From: Sphingomonadaceae bacterium
GTDB lineage: Bacteria > Pseudomonadota > Alphaproteobacteria > Sphingomonadales > Sphingomonadaceae
Reading direction: 5' to 3'
Length of the DNA: 64,000 nt
NCBI GenBank assembly: GCA_046290045.1
Contig: JBKBUL010000001.1
Coordinates: 865 to 64,864 of the forward strand
Shown: positions 1 to 15,061 of the stretch, in pieces
Layout of the letters: the number at the start of each line of letters is the position of its first letter
Position numbering within the stretch: the stretch's first letter is position 1
The notes under the pieces: generated by a model
The model's database searches: none
What the model saw: the letters and a program-made list of their open reading frames with translations, nothing else
What the model was told of the DNA's origin: nothing
Program-made: the position numbers and the translations under genes

Positions 1-2827
1 CCAGCGTGTGGATGTCCTCCAGCATCTGCCGGATGTCGGCACCAGCCACGAAACTGGAACTCCCCTCGCCGGTGAACACCACCGCGATCACGTCGGGCTT
101 CCGCGCCAGATGCTCGGCCACGATGACCAGTTCGTCGATCGCCCGCTCATTCAATGCGTTCACCGGCGGGTTGGTGACCGTGACGGTGGCCACCCGTTTA
201 TCGTTTCCCAGATGATTGTACTGGATCAGGAAGTAGCGGTAGCGCTCGAACAGCTGCTGCGTCTCGGACAGTGTCTGCCGCCGCTGCCAGTCGGCCAGCA
301 CCCGCCCGATCGCATCCAGGCTCTCGGGGTTCCGCAGCGTCGTCCGGTCGCCGATGTCCCCGCCCTCGGCGAGCGCGCGGACCATGCGGCGCATATATTT
401 GCCCGAGCGCGTTTCGGGGAACGCCGGCACCTCCAGGAAGTCGGCCGGCACCGCGACCGCGCCCTTCTCCTGCCGGACCAGCTCGGCGAGGCGCTTGCGA
501 TCCTCGTGGCTGAGCCGCCGGCCCGGCGCGGGCACCACGAAGGCCAGCGGAACCAGCCCCTTCTCGCGATGAGGCGCCCCCACGACCAGCACGTTGCCGA
601 CGGGCGAATTGGGGTCGAGCGCCTTGTCGCGCAGGATTGCGCCCTCGATCTCCTCGGTCCCCATGCGATGCCCGGAGACATTGATCACATCATCCGAGCG
701 CCCATGCAGCGAGAAGCTGCCGTCGGTATGACGGATCGCAAAGTCGCCCTGGGTATAGGCCCAGCAGCCCTTCCAGCGCCGCCAGTAGCCCTCGGCCCAG
801 CGCCCGGAGTCGCCCCGCCAGCCATCGACGACCCGCCCGCCCTCGACCCGGAAGGCCTCAGCGTCGCCCCAGACGGTCCGGGCGAGATAGGGATAGGGCA
901 GCCGGATCACGATCTCGCCGCGCTCCCCGTCGGCGGCCTGCCGCCAGGGCACCCCCTCGCCTTCGCGTGGCAGAAGCGGCGGCAGGCCTTCGCAGGCCGG
1001 ATCCTCCACCCACACGTCGCCCACCACCCAGGGCAGCGCCCAGCAATGGGCGTCCGGCCGCAAGGGCAGATCCGGGTTGCCGAAGGGGTGGGAGAAGGCG
1101 ATCCCCCCATGCTCGGTCGCCCAGTAGCTGTTGATGTAGTGGGGCGTGACATGCGCCATGCCGAAGGCCTGAACAGGCGGCGAGGTCGGCTCGGCGCAGA
1201 AGGTCGCCACCCGGAGCGACGACAGGTCGTGCCGCTTCACGTCGGCAAGGCTCTCGGGTGACGTCATCACCGATTTCAGGAAGGTGACCCCGGCCTTGAA
1301 GATGGTGACCCCGTGCCGCTCGATCGAGGCCGCGAACCGACCGGCATGCGGAAAGACGGGCGAGCCCTCGGTCACCAGCGTCGTCACGCGGGTGAGAAGC
1401 CCGGCCGAGATCAGGTAGCTCTGCCCGGTGATCCAGCCCGGGTCGGCCACCGTGTAGAGGATGTCGCCCGGCCGCGCGTCGAACACCACCTCCATGCTGT
1501 GCGCGATGCCGGCGGTATAGCCGCCGTGCACATGCACCACGCCCTTGGGCTTCCCCGTCGAGCCCGATGTGTAGATGAAGAACATCGGGTAATCGGCCTC
1601 GACCGGCATGGGCGGCACGGCTGCCCAGACGGCGCGCACCAGATCGGCATCCGGCAGGGCCATCAGCTCCGCCTCATCCGAGACGTCGAACCCCGCGCGC
1701 CGGGCTGCCGCCAGCAGTTCGTCGAGCGCCGCATCGGTCAGCTCGTGCGCCCAGCGATCGCGCTCGGGCCGCCAGACCAGCTCCGCCAGCCCCACATGCC
1801 GGACGACAACGACAGCCTCGACCCGGGGCGGAGCCGCCACCAGCGCTTGCGCGACCGCAATCCGGATCCGCGCCGCGCTTGCTGCCTCCAGCCGCCCCTC
1901 GCGCCCCAGCGCCGCCAGCGCCCGGCCGACGCCGCGCATCACGTCGGCGCGCTCGACCGTCACCTCGCCGGCGAGCGTGGCCGTGACGGTCTCAAGAATC
2001 CGCCTGGAATCAGCGGGATCGATCGACTGGTCAGCAAGGCAGGCCGCGACGACCTCGCGCGCCAGCCCGACCGGCAGGTAGCGATCGAGCGCGGGATCCG
2101 TGTAGGCCGCCTTGAATGGCACAACCTGCGCGGTTCGCCAGCCGCCGTCGGCCGTGATCACCACGCGGGCGCCCGCATCGGCGATGCGGTCCGACAGGGT
2201 CTTGTCCGAGAAACCGCCGAACACGGGCGTGTAGAGGATTCCCAGCCGCTTGGCGCCCTTGATCCAGAAGATCTGCTCGGGGATGGACGGCATGTTGAGC
2301 GCGATCCGGTCCCCGGGCTTCAGCCCAAGCGCCTTGAGCGCGAGCGCGCATTTCGCCGTCTCGACGAGCAGCCGGCGCCGGCTGATCCGCTCCTCGTCCA
2401 CAGGCCCGCCGCGCCCGCCATCGAGCGAGAGGTCCCAGCGATCGCCCTCGAAGAGGATCGCTGCCTCCTCGCCATGGCCAGCCAGCACGTGGCGATCCAC
2501 CTCGTTGAAGCAGGCGTTGGTGAAACCGCCCTCGAACCAGCGGAAATGCGGCGGGTCATCCGCGTTGAACGCGCGCGTCCAGGGCGCGAAATCAGCCGGC
2601 AGGTCCAGGCTGACCGGCTCCAGCGTCTCCGCGTCCCAGCCTTCCCATCGGCCGCGATCGGGCACGAACGCGAGCCAGGCGCCCGCCCTTCCCTGTCCGG
2701 CGACGAACCAGTGGATGAGCCGGCGGGCAATCGCCCCGTGGAAGGCCCCCGGGTCGGCCAGCACCGCCTCGCGCATTCGCGCCCAGTCTGCCCGCGTGCG
2801 AACGGGATTGACCATGGCCACAGCCAT
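1..2827 (-). CDS. pcs: Acyl-CoA synthetase fused to enoyl-CoA hydratase; probable trifunctional propionyl-CoA synthase (3' part outside window)
   Basis: Hand translation of the minus strand from ATG 2827 (alternative 2815): [15 protein letters not shown]...[18 protein letters not shown]...[13 protein letters not shown]...[11 protein letters not shown]...[12 protein letters not shown] (ACS motifs), then in the same frame [18 protein letters not shown]...[18 protein letters not shown] (crotonase motifs). The frame is open at position 1; absent from the ORF track, consistent with having no stop in the window. Confidence 0.8.
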   Translation of the reverse strand, partial: MAVAMVNPVRTRADWARMREAVLADPGAFHGAIARRLIHWFVAGQGRAGAWLAFVPDRGRWEGWDAETLEPVSLDLPADFAPWTRAFNADDPPHFRWFEGGFTNACFNEVDRHVLAGHGEEAAILFEGDRWDLSLDGGRGGPVDEERISRRRLLVETAKCALALKALGLKPGDRIALNMPSIPEQIFWIKGAKRLGILYTPVFGGFSDKTLSDRIADAGARVVITADGGWRTAQVVPFKAAYTDPALDRYLPVGLAREVVAACLADQSIDPADSRRILETVTATLAGEVTVERADVMRGVGRALAALGREGRLEAASAARIRIAVAQALVAAPPRVEAVVVVRHVGLAELVWRPERDRWAHELTDAALDELLAAARRAGFDVSDEAELMALPDADLVRAVWAAVPPMPVEADYPMFFIYTSGSTGKPKGVVHVHGGYTAGIAHSMEVVFDARPGDILYTVADPGWITGQSYLISAGLLTRVTTLVTEGSPVFPHAGRFAASIERHGVTIFKAGVTFLKSVMTSPESLADVKRHDLSSLRVATFCAEPTSPPVQAFGMAHVTPHYINSYWATEHGGIAFSHPFGNPDLPLRPDAHCWALPWVVGDVWVEDPACEGLPPLLPREGEGVPWRQAADGERGEIVIRLPYPYLARTVWGDAEAFRVEGGRVVDGWRGDSGRWAEGYWRRWKGCWAYTQGDFAIRHTDGSFSLHGRSDDVINVSGHRMGTEEIEGAILRDKALDPNSPVGNVLVVGAPHREKGLVPLAFVVPAPGRRLSHEDRKRLAELVRQEKGAVAVPADFLEVPAFPETRSGKYMRRMVRALAEGGDIGDRTTLRNPESLDAIGRVLADWQRRQTLSETQQLFERYRYFLIQYNHLGNDKRVATVTVTNPPVNALNERAIDELVIVAEHLARKPDVIAVVFTGEGSSSFVAGADIRQMLEDIHTL

Positions 2828-3158
2828 GGGGACAGCATCCTGCTCTTCCAGTGTCGTCGCAGACGCCATCCCACCCTCTCCCCAGGCTCGACCGACCTGG
2901 CCGAAAGCCGCAACAAGATTGCTGACTGAGCTGCTGTCTGATAGTTTTTATTTCAAGATGAGCAAGTCTTCGATAATCCTGTTTCAACCATTGGTCGTGC
3001 ACAATGAACGCTTCGTCGGCCGTCCCACCCTCTCGCCCGCGCGGAGGCTGAACCCTGGCGCGAGAGCCGTCAATCGAGGGGACCGAAAAGTCCGGCTTCA
3101 CCGGTCAACAGCGGAACCGGCTTGCATCGGGCAGCCGGCCTACCTAGCCCCGGGCGCC

Positions 3159-4091
3159 ATGATGCCCGCCCCTGCTCGACCCGGCCGCCCGCCCTTGCCC
3201 GCGCATCTGGCTCGGCTGGAAGCCGAGGCGATCCACATCTTCCGCGAGGTGGCGGCCGAAGCGAAGCACCCCGTCTTCCTCTATTCGATCGGCAAGGACA
3301 GCTCGGTGATGCTGCACCTGGCGCTGAAGGCCTTTCATCCGGCGCCGCCGCCCTTCCCCTTCCTGCACATCGCAAGCGGGTGGGACTTCGCCGACATGCT
3401 GGCCCATCGGGACAGGATCGCGGCAACCTACCGCCTCGATCTCATCGTTCATCACAATGCCGAGGCCGCCGCGCGCGGGATCAACCCCTTCGACACGCCG
3501 ACCCCAACTTACACCCGCCTGATGCTGACCGAGGCGCTGAAGCAGGCGCTCGACGCCGGCGGCTACGATGCCATCTTCGGCGGCGGCCGGCGCGACGAGG
3601 AAAAGGCGCGTGCCAAGGAACGGATCTGCTCCTTCCGGTCGGCCGACCATGGCTGGGATCCGAAGGCGCAGCGGCCCGAGCTCTGGTCGCTCTACAATCT
3701 CCGCCTCGCCGAAGGCGAAAGCGTGCGCGTCTTCCCGCTGTCCAACTGGACCGAGCTCGACATCTGGCACTACATCTGGCTGGAAGATATCCCGATCGTG
3801 CCGCTCTACCTGGCCGCCCGGCGGCCGACCGTGGTTCGCGACGGCATGCTGCTGATGGTCGATGACAACCGGCTGACGTTGCGGCCGGGCGAACGGATCG
3901 AGGCGCGCTCCATCCGCTTCCGCACGCTCGGTTGCTGGCCCCTGTCCGGCGCGCTCGAGAGCGAGGCGGAGACCGTGCCGGCGCTGATTGCCGAGATGCT
4001 GGCCATGCGCACCTCCGAGCGGCAGGGCCGGCGCGTGGATCACGACGAGGCGGCCTCGATGGAACTGAAGAAGCGCGAAGGCTATTTCTGA
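3159..4091 (+). CDS. cysD: Sulfate adenylyltransferase subunit 2
   Basis: [44 protein letters not shown], ends KKREGYF. Start placed at ATG 3159 within ORF 2250..4091. Confidence 0.95.
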   Translation: MMPAPARPGRPPLPAHLARLEAEAIHIFREVAAEAKHPVFLYSIGKDSSVMLHLALKAFHPAPPPFPFLHIASGWDFADMLAHRDRIAATYRLDLIVHHNAEAAARGINPFDTPTPTYTRLMLTEALKQALDAGGYDAIFGGGRRDEEKARAKERICSFRSADHGWDPKAQRPELWSLYNLRLAEGESVRVFPLSNWTELDIWHYIWLEDIPIVPLYLAARRPTVVRDGMLLMVDDNRLTLRPGERIEARSIRFRTLGCWPLSGALESEAETVPALIAEMLAMRTSERQGRRVDHDEAASMELKKREGYF

Positions 4092-5989
4092 TGGCGGCCC
4101 TCCCGCACGAAGCCCCGAACCCGGCGGCGCGGCTGCTGGCCGATGACGCCGGCAAGTCCCTCCTGCGCGTCCTCACCTGCGGATCGGTTGACGATGGCAA
4201 GTCCACCCTCATCGGCCGCCTGCTCGCCGATACCGGCTGTGTTCCCGAGGACCAGATGGCTGCCCTCGTCCGGGATTCCGCCCGCCACGGCACGCGCGGT
4301 GACGAGCCCGACTATGCGCTGCTGGTCGATGGCCTGTCGGCCGAACGCGAGCAGGGCATCACCATCGATGTCGCCTACCGCTTCTTCGCGACAGCCCGGC
4401 GCAAGTTCATCCTCATCGACGCGCCAGGCCACGAACAATATACCCGCAACATGGTGACCGGCGCTTCCGGCGCCGATCTCGCCATCCTGCTTGTCGATGC
4501 ACGAAAGGGCCTGCTCGCGCAGACCCGTCGGCACGCCTGCCTGGCCCGGCTGCTTCGGGTTCCGAACCTGGTGCTGGCCGTCAACAAGATGGATCTGGTC
4601 GGCCATGCCGAAGCGGCCTTCCGGCGGATCGAGGCGGATTTCGAGGCCTTTTCCCGTCGGCTCGGTCTGCCGCCGGCACAGGCCATACCGATCGTGGCGG
4701 TGAACGGCGGCAATCTGGCGCAACCTGATCCGTCGATGCCCTGGTACCATGGCCCGACTCTCCTCGACCATCTGGAGACGGTCGAGCCGCCGGGCGCCGA
4801 CGAGGGCCCGCTGCGCCTGCCGGTGCAATGGGTGAACCGGCCCGATGAGAGCTTCCGGGGCTTTGCCGGCACGGTTGCAAGCGGCCGGGTTGCCCCCGGG
4901 GACCGGGTTCGAATCCTGCCAGGCGGCGCCGAGACCCGAGTCGAGCGCGTCCTCACGGCCGACGGCGACCGCGCGCAGGCCGTGACCGGCGATGCCGTGA
5001 CCCTGACCCTTGCCGACCCGGTCGATTGCGCCCGCGGGTCGGTGATCTCGGCAGCCGATGCGCCGGTCGAGGTTGCCGACCAGTTCGAGGCGACCCTCGT
5101 CTGGATGGACGGGGCCCCGCTGCTGCCGGGTCGCGCCTACCTCCTGAAAAGCGGCGCGGCCATGGCACCGGCCCGGATCTCCGCGCCCAAGCACGCGATC
5201 GACGTCAACAGCCTCGAGGCGCGCGCCCAGCGGACGCTTGGCCTCAATGACATCGGCACGGTCACGGTGACGACCCAGGCCGCCATCCCCTTCATGCCCT
5301 TCGACGAGAACCGGACATTGGGCGGCTTCATCCTGATCGACCGGGAAACCAATGCCACGGTCGGGGCCGGCATGATCCGCTTCGCGCTGCGCCGCAGCCG
5401 CAACATCCACTGGCAGGCGATCGACATCACACCCGAGGCGCATGCCTCGCTCATGGGCCAGCAGCCGCTCGTCCTCTGGTTCACCGGCCTGTCCGGCTCG
5501 GGCAAGTCGACGATAGCCAATCTCGTCGAAAAGCGCCTGTTCGCGCTCGGCTACCGCACCTTCCTGCTCGACGGCGACAATGTCCGCCATGGCCTCGCCA
5601 AGGATCTCGGCTTCACGCCGGCCGACCGGGTGGAGAATATCCGGCGGGTCGGCGAGGTCGCGAAGCTGATGACCGAGGCGGGGCTCATCGTGCTCACCGC
5701 CTTCATATCGCCCTTCCGGGCCGAACGCGCGATGGTTCGCGATCGCTTCCCCGAGGGGCGGTTCCTCGAGGTGTTCGTCGACACGCCGCTCGAGGAGGCC
5801 GAGCGTCGCGACGTGAAGGGCCTCTACGCCAAGGCGCGCGCCGGAGAGCTCGCCAACTTCACCGGCATCGACAGCCCCTATGAACCACCGGTCGCGCCCG
5901 ATATCCATGTCGAGACGATGCGCGAGGCGCCGGAGGCTGCAGCCGAGCGGATCGTCGCGTCCATTCTCGACCGGATCGCCGCCCCCTAG
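4091..5989 (+). CDS. cysNC: Bifunctional sulfate adenylyltransferase subunit 1 / APS kinase (CysN/CysC, NodQ-like)
   Basis: [39 protein letters not shown]; C-terminal [38 protein letters not shown] overlap with cysD. Confidence 0.95.
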   Translation: MAALPHEAPNPAARLLADDAGKSLLRVLTCGSVDDGKSTLIGRLLADTGCVPEDQMAALVRDSARHGTRGDEPDYALLVDGLSAEREQGITIDVAYRFFATARRKFILIDAPGHEQYTRNMVTGASGADLAILLVDARKGLLAQTRRHACLARLLRVPNLVLAVNKMDLVGHAEAAFRRIEADFEAFSRRLGLPPAQAIPIVAVNGGNLAQPDPSMPWYHGPTLLDHLETVEPPGADEGPLRLPVQWVNRPDESFRGFAGTVASGRVAPGDRVRILPGGAETRVERVLTADGDRAQAVTGDAVTLTLADPVDCARGSVISAADAPVEVADQFEATLVWMDGAPLLPGRAYLLKSGAAMAPARISAPKHAIDVNSLEARAQRTLGLNDIGTVTVTTQAAIPFMPFDENRTLGGFILIDRETNATVGAGMIRFALRRSRNIHWQAIDITPEAHASLMGQQPLVLWFTGLSGSGKSTIANLVEKRLFALGYRTFLLDGDNVRHGLAKDLGFTPADRVENIRRVGEVAKLMTEAGLIVLTAFISPFRAERAMVRDRFPEGRFLEVFVDTPLEEAERRDVKGLYAKARAGELANFTGIDSPYEPPVAPDIHVETMREAPEAAAERIVASILDRIAAP

Positions 5990-6085
5990 CGCTGCCCGGC
6001 GATCGCGCCAGGAAGGGCCGGGCGACACGCTTGGGGCTGGCCCTCGCCCGGGCCCCATGCTTGCGCGGGTGGTGTGAACGCAGCG

Positions 6086-6115
6086 ATTGCAGGACGCGCG
6101 GCCGCCCCCCATATT
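6086..6115 (+). promoter_or_regulatory. Putative RpoH (sigma32) promoter of lon
   Basis: ATTGCA...CCCCATAT just upstream of the lon ATG; the -10 matches the RpoH CCCCATNT consensus. Confidence 0.55.
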
Positions 6116-6124
6116 CGCGGACGT

Positions 6125-8530
<2,406 letters not shown>

Positions 8531-8599
8531 GCGACTGGCAGGAATGGTTGACAGGGGCCGGCCCCTCTTTTACCGGCCCCCTCTCGCGGATGGCGATCC

Positions 8600-8674
8600 G
8601 GGCGCGTAGCTCAGCGGTAGAGCACTGCTTTCACACGGCAGGGGTCACAGGTTCAATCCCTGTCGCGCCCACCA
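8600..8674 (+). tRNA. tRNA-Val (anticodon CAC)
   Basis: GGGCGCG/CGCGCCC acceptor stem, D arm AGCTCAGCGGTAGAGC, anticodon arm CTGCT-TTCACAC-GGCAG, T loop GGTTCAATCC, encoded CCA. TTGACA at 8548 upstream. Confidence 0.97.
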
Positions 8675-8768
8675 TCCGCCAGCCCGTCGTCCGCCCTTTT
8701 GCGCCCGCTCCATCTTGCCGCTAGGCTGACCGGCAGCCCTCGTGGCCTGGCGAGACGGGAGGATTGGC

Positions 8769-9989
8769 ATGATGGAGAGCCTCATGGCGGGCGCGAACGC
8801 CGAGCTTGACGGGATGGTGGCGCTTCGCCGCGCAATCCATGCCGAGCCGGAGCTGGGCCTCCACAATCCGAAGACAGCCGCCCGGATCCGCGCGGCGCTT
8901 GCGGGCCTCCCGCTCGAGTGGCGGGAGGGGCCTTCGACCAGCGGGCTCGTCGCCACGCTGAAGGGCAGCGCGAACGGCCGAACCGTGCTGCTGCGCGGCG
9001 ACTCCGATGCGCTTCCCATGGAGGAGGACACGGGCCTGCCCTTCGCCTCCACGGTCAAGGGTGCGATGCACGCCTGCGGGCATGATGCCCATGTCGCCAT
9101 GCTGGTGGGCGCGGCCCGGCTGCTGGCGGCCCGGCGCGAGCAGCTGGCCGGCACGGTCCAGTTCATGTTCCAGCCCGGCGAGGAAGGCCATCATGGCGCG
9201 CGCTTCATGCTGGAGGACGGCCTCATCGATCCCCTGCCCGATGCCGCCTTTGCGCTGCACGTCATGCCCAACGCGCCGCACGGCGTCGTCTCGGGCCGGG
9301 CCGGGCCGCTGATGGCCTCGGCCGACAAGATCCGGGTGACGGTGAAGGGGCGCGGCGGCCATGCCTCCATGCCGCACGATGCGCTCGATCCCGTGCCGAT
9401 CGCGGCCGAGATCGTGCTGGCGCTGCACGCCTGGGTCACGCGCAACGTCCCCATCGCCGACCCGGCCGTCGTCACCATCGGGGAGATGAAGGCCGGCTCG
9501 ACCGACAATGTCATCCCCGAGACGGCCATGCTCTATGGCACCATCCGCACCCTGTCGCCGCGCCGCCGCAGCGAGGTTCAGGCGGGCCTAAGGCGCCTTG
9601 CCGAGGGGATCGCCGCCGCGCATGGCGCCTCGGCCAGCGTCGAGTTCACGGCCGGCTTCCCGGTCACCGTCTGTGACGGGCGCGCCGTCGCCTTTGGCGA
9701 ACGCACGGTCAAGGCGCTGCTCGGGGACGACGCATGGGTCACGCTCGACAGCCCGGTGATGGGCGCGGAGGACTTCTCCTATGTGCTCGAGAAGGTGCCC
9801 GGCGCGATGTTCTTCCTCGGCGCCTCCCACGAAGGGGATGACTGGCGGCAGTGCTGCGCGCTCCACTCGAACCGCATGGTGCTGGATGAAAGCGTGATGG
9901 CACGCGGCGCGGCCGTCCACGCCGCCCTTGCCGAGCGCTTCCTCGCCGATGGCTTCGACACTGTTGCGGACAGCGCCCGGGCTTCCTAG
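8769..9989 (+). CDS. M20D family amidohydrolase (hippuricase/IAA-amino acid hydrolase-like)
   Basis: RRAIHAEPELG, LRGDSDALP, MHACGHDAH, FQPGEEG, GRGGHAS, MGAEDF. Confidence 0.9.
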   Translation: MMESLMAGANAELDGMVALRRAIHAEPELGLHNPKTAARIRAALAGLPLEWREGPSTSGLVATLKGSANGRTVLLRGDSDALPMEEDTGLPFASTVKGAMHACGHDAHVAMLVGAARLLAARREQLAGTVQFMFQPGEEGHHGARFMLEDGLIDPLPDAAFALHVMPNAPHGVVSGRAGPLMASADKIRVTVKGRGGHASMPHDALDPVPIAAEIVLALHAWVTRNVPIADPAVVTIGEMKAGSTDNVIPETAMLYGTIRTLSPRRRSEVQAGLRRLAEGIAAAHGASASVEFTAGFPVTVCDGRAVAFGERTVKALLGDDAWVTLDSPVMGAEDFSYVLEKVPGAMFFLGASHEGDDWRQCCALHSNRMVLDESVMARGAAVHAALAERFLADGFDTVADSARAS

Positions 9990-10022
9990 CTCAACCGCCA
10001 TTCACCAAGACCGGGTCAAGCC

Positions 10023-10832
10023 ATGTCAGAAGCCCCCCCGGCGGTTGCCACGCGCGCACCGCGCTGGCGCAGCCGCCTTGCAGCCATCGTCGAAAGCCAG
10101 CGCTTCCAGAGCTTCATCATCGCCGTGATCCTCTTGAACGCGATCGTCCTCGGCCTCGAGACCTGGCCGACCGCCATGGATCGCGCCGGCCCGATCCTGA
10201 TCACCATCGACCGGATCGCGCTTTCGATCTTCGTCGTCGAGATCGCCCTCAAGCTGGCGGCTCACGGGTTCCGCTTCTTCCGGTCGGGCTGGAACCTGTT
10301 CGATTTCGCCATCGTCGCGATCTCGCTCGTGCCAGCGACAGGCGGGCTGTCGGTGCTGCGCGCGCTCCGGATCCTGCGCGTCGTGCGTCTCGTCTCGGTC
10401 GTGCCGTCGCTGCGCCGCGTGGTCGAGGGGCTGCTTCGGGCCATTCCGGCCATGGGCTCGGTCGTCGCCCTGCTCGGCCTCCTGTTCTACGTCTCCGCGG
10501 TGATGGCGACCAAGCTGTTCGCGGCCGCCTTTCCCGACTGGTTCGGGAGCGTCGGCGCCTCGCTCTATTCGCTGTTCCAGATCATGACGCTGGAAAGCTG
10601 GTCAATGGGGATCGTCCGCCCGGTAATGGAGGTCTATCCTTGGGCCTGGCTCTTCTTCGTTCCCTTCATCCTCGTCACCTCCTTCATGGTGCTGAACCTG
10701 TTCATCGCGATCATCGTGACCGCCATGACCGAAGGTGACAGCCCGCCGGCACCCGTGCCGGTGAAGGAGCTGGCCGAGGAACTGCGCGCCCTCCGCGCCG
10801 AGCTCCAGGCCCTGCGCGAAGGGCGCAGCTAG
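10023..10832 (+). CDS. Voltage-gated sodium channel (BacNav / ion transporter family)
   Basis: 6-TM layout, WNLFDF in S3, S4 LRALRILRVVRL, pore LFQIMTLESWSMGIVRPV, S6 LNLFIAIIV. Confidence 0.9.
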   Translation: MSEAPPAVATRAPRWRSRLAAIVESQRFQSFIIAVILLNAIVLGLETWPTAMDRAGPILITIDRIALSIFVVEIALKLAAHGFRFFRSGWNLFDFAIVAISLVPATGGLSVLRALRILRVVRLVSVVPSLRRVVEGLLRAIPAMGSVVALLGLLFYVSAVMATKLFAAAFPDWFGSVGASLYSLFQIMTLESWSMGIVRPVMEVYPWAWLFFVPFILVTSFMVLNLFIAIIVTAMTEGDSPPAPVPVKELAEELRALRAELQALREGRS

Positions 10833-10833
10833 C

Positions 10834-12852
10834 TCATTTCGCGGTCAGAGCTTCCTTGAGGCCAGGCGCATATTGCGCCCCGTGCGGCACCTTTGCCGAG
10901 GAGGCAGCGACCGTTCCGCCGATCGGCTCGGCGCGCCCGCCGATGCAGCTGGCGAGGAAATTCTCGGCCACCGCCATGAAGGCGATGTTGTTCTCGGGCC
11001 GGGCGAAGCCATGCCCCTCGTCCGGGAACAGCACATAGGTGACGGGGATGTTCCGCGCCTGCATGGCGGCCACGATCTGGTCGCTCTCGTCCTGCCTGAC
11101 GCGCGGGTCATTCGCCCCCTGCCCGATCAGCAGAGGCCGGCGGATTCGATCCACATGGGTCAGCGGCGAGCGTTCCTTCAGCCACTTGCGCCCTTCCTCC
11201 GTGTCCGGATCGGCCATGCGGCGGATCAGCTGCTTGCGGAACGCCTCCCAATAGGGCGGTACCGTGGAGAGCAGCGTGAACAGGTTCGACGGCCCCACGA
11301 TGTCCACCCCGCAGGCGAAGGTCTCGGGCGTGAAGGTGAGCCCCGCGAGCGTCGCATAGCCGCCATAGGAACCACCCATGATGGCAATCCGCTTCGGATC
11401 GGCGATGCCGGCCTTCACCGCCCATTCGACGGCGTCGATCAGGTCGTCGTGCATCTTCGCGCCCCACTCCCCGTCACCGGCGTTCACGAAGCGCTTGCCG
11501 AAGCCGGTCGAGCCCCGGAAATTGGGTTGGAGCACGGCATAGCCGCGGTTGGCGAGGAACTGGGCATAGGCGTCATAGCCATAGCTGTCGCGCGCCCAAG
11601 GCCCGCCGTGGACGAACAGCACCATCGGCAATGGCTTGGCCGGCTTCTCGCCCGCGCCGCGCGGCAGGGTGAGATAGGACACCATCGTCTTGCCGTCGCG
11701 CGTCGCGATCTCCAGCGGCCGCATCTCGGCGAGCGGCGCGCCCGCCAGTTCCGGGCGGCTGTCGAACATTTTCGTCAGCGTCCGCGTCTTGCGGTCATAA
11801 AGCCAGGTGGACGAGGCCTCGCGGCTGTTGTCGGTCGCCACCGTCCACTTGTCGTCGGCGAGCGTCCGGCTGCCCAGCGACCAGTTGCCCAGCCGCTCGT
11901 TCAGATAGGCGATATCGCCGGCAACGGCCTGGTCCACCACTCGCCACTCTGGCTTCCTGTAGTCGATCGCGACCGCCTCCACACGCCCGGTGCGCGGATT
12001 GGTGAGAACGGCGGACGCATCGGCGCGCGGGTCGGCCACCAGCTCGGTCATGGCGCCTGTCGCCCAGTCCATGGCATAGACGGCCGCCGTGTCGCGCGTG
12101 CGCGCATCCAGCCAATAGAGCGTCTTGCCGTCCGCGGAGAAGCCCAGCGGCTGGGTCGTCTGGCTGTCGTCGAGGCCGTGGCTCAGGAAGGGCTTGGCCG
12201 CTACCTCGCCCTTCTCGATCCGGAAATAGTCGTTGCCGCCCTCTGCATTCGGGCGGATGGCCACGCGAAGGGCGAGATTCTCGTCGGCGATGAACCCGGC
12301 GTAGCCATCATTCTGCCTGACAAGGGTCAGCTTGCCCGACTTGAGGTCGAGCGAATGCACGTCGTGCCAGCGCGGGTCGCGGTTGTTGAGGCCGACGAGG
12401 ATCCGGTCGGTCACGAGATCGGAGGTCGCCACCAGCATCGCCCGGGTCTTGGGGAAGGGCGTGAAGTCCCGCACCTCGCCGCCGGAGACCGGCACCCCGA
12501 ACAGGTGGAAGTCCTCGTCGCCGCCCGTGTCGTTCACGAACAGGATCATGGAGCTGTCCGGCGCCCAGAAATGCTGGCGGATGGGGCGAACCGTCTCGCG
12601 CGTCAGCACCCGCGCCTTCGCCGGGTCGGCGGCCGGCGCGACCCAGACGTTGAGCACGCCCTCGGATGGCGCGATCCAGCTCAGCCATTGGCCGTCAGGC
12701 GAAATGCGCCCCTGCGCGCGCGTGGGGTTGCCGAACAGCTTGGCACGTTCGATGAGGGGGGTCTCGTCCATCTTCACTCCCTGGGGCAAGGCAGGCGCGG
12801 CGGCCGTGGCGCACAGCAATGCGGCCAGCCCGACGCGAAGCGCGTTGGTCAT
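10834..12852 (-). CDS. Secreted S9 family peptidase (dipeptidyl aminopeptidase / acylaminoacyl peptidase)
   Basis: Signal-like N-terminus MTNALRVGLAALLCATAAAPA; VHGGPW, NFRGSTGFG, GGSYGGY nucleophile, GANDPRV, DEGHGF. Confidence 0.92.
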   Translation of the reverse strand: MTNALRVGLAALLCATAAAPALPQGVKMDETPLIERAKLFGNPTRAQGRISPDGQWLSWIAPSEGVLNVWVAPAADPAKARVLTRETVRPIRQHFWAPDSSMILFVNDTGGDEDFHLFGVPVSGGEVRDFTPFPKTRAMLVATSDLVTDRILVGLNNRDPRWHDVHSLDLKSGKLTLVRQNDGYAGFIADENLALRVAIRPNAEGGNDYFRIEKGEVAAKPFLSHGLDDSQTTQPLGFSADGKTLYWLDARTRDTAAVYAMDWATGAMTELVADPRADASAVLTNPRTGRVEAVAIDYRKPEWRVVDQAVAGDIAYLNERLGNWSLGSRTLADDKWTVATDNSREASSTWLYDRKTRTLTKMFDSRPELAGAPLAEMRPLEIATRDGKTMVSYLTLPRGAGEKPAKPLPMVLFVHGGPWARDSYGYDAYAQFLANRGYAVLQPNFRGSTGFGKRFVNAGDGEWGAKMHDDLIDAVEWAVKAGIADPKRIAIMGGSYGGYATLAGLTFTPETFACGVDIVGPSNLFTLLSTVPPYWEAFRKQLIRRMADPDTEEGRKWLKERSPLTHVDRIRRPLLIGQGANDPRVRQDESDQIVAAMQARNIPVTYVLFPDEGHGFARPENNIAFMAVAENFLASCIGGRAEPIGGTVAASSAKVPHGAQYAPGLKEALTAK

Positions 12853-12959
12853 GATAGGTCTCCCGTCCGTGTCCGCTTGGCCGGTCCCCTCAGCCCGGCT
12901 TGGCAGGGACCCGTGTAGCAGCGCGCTGCTGGCAGGCCAAGTGCGAAGGGCCTTCATGG

Positions 12960-12994
12960 AAAAGGGGCGGGAAGCCGATGCTTCCCGCCCCCTT
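12960..12994 (-). terminator. Intrinsic terminator downstream of groEL
   Basis: GGGGCGGGAAGC-ATCG-GCTTCCCGCCCC stem followed by TTTT on the minus strand. Confidence 0.7.
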
Positions 12995-13060
12995 CCGTTC
13001 GGGTGACTCGTCGGTCGGCCCCGCGTTCGCGGGCCAGGCCCGCGAAGCGAGCCCGCCGGA

Positions 13061-14713
<1,653 letters not shown>

Positions 14714-14743
14714 TCAGATTGTCCGTTGACGCGAAGACGAGCC

Positions 14744-15061
14744 TCAGGCGGCCTTTTTTGCCGCGGCCGCCCCGGTGATCACGCCGAGGATGTCGCTTTC
14801 CTTCATGATGATGAGGTCCTCGCCGTGCAGCTTGACCTCGGTGCCCGACCACTTGCCGAACAGGATCCGGTCACCGACCTTCACGTCGAGCGGGATGCGC
14901 TTGCCATCCTCGTCCCGGGCGCCGGCGCCGACGGCGACGATCTCGCCTTCCTGCGGCTTTTCCTTGGCGGTGTCGGGGATGATGATGCCGCCGGCCGTCT
15001 TTTCCTCGGCCTCGATGCGGCGAACCAGCACGCGATCGTGCAGGGGGGTGAAGTCAACCAT
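14744..15061 (-). CDS. groES: Co-chaperonin GroES
   Basis: [38 protein letters not shown]. Start at ATG 15061. Confidence 0.98.
   Translation of the reverse strand: MVDFTPLHDRVLVRRIEAEEKTAGGIIIPDTAKEKPQEGEIVAVGAGARDEDGKRIPLDVKVGDRILFGKWSGTEVKLHGEDLIIMKESDILGVITGAAAAKKAA

Noticed and set aside
8-2929. Plus-strand ORFs 8..1261 and 1313..2929
   Set aside because: Shadows of the minus-strand Pcs-like gene.
8600-10832. tRNA-Val as an island integration site
   Set aside because: No integrase, no duplicated tRNA 3' end seen, and downstream genes have host-like composition.
13026-13046. GGGCC...GGCCC palindromes in several intergenic gaps (about 8554, 13026, 19071, 46632) as a REP-like family
   Set aside because: Only a short GC core is shared and the flanks differ; expected by chance at this GC content or as terminator stems.
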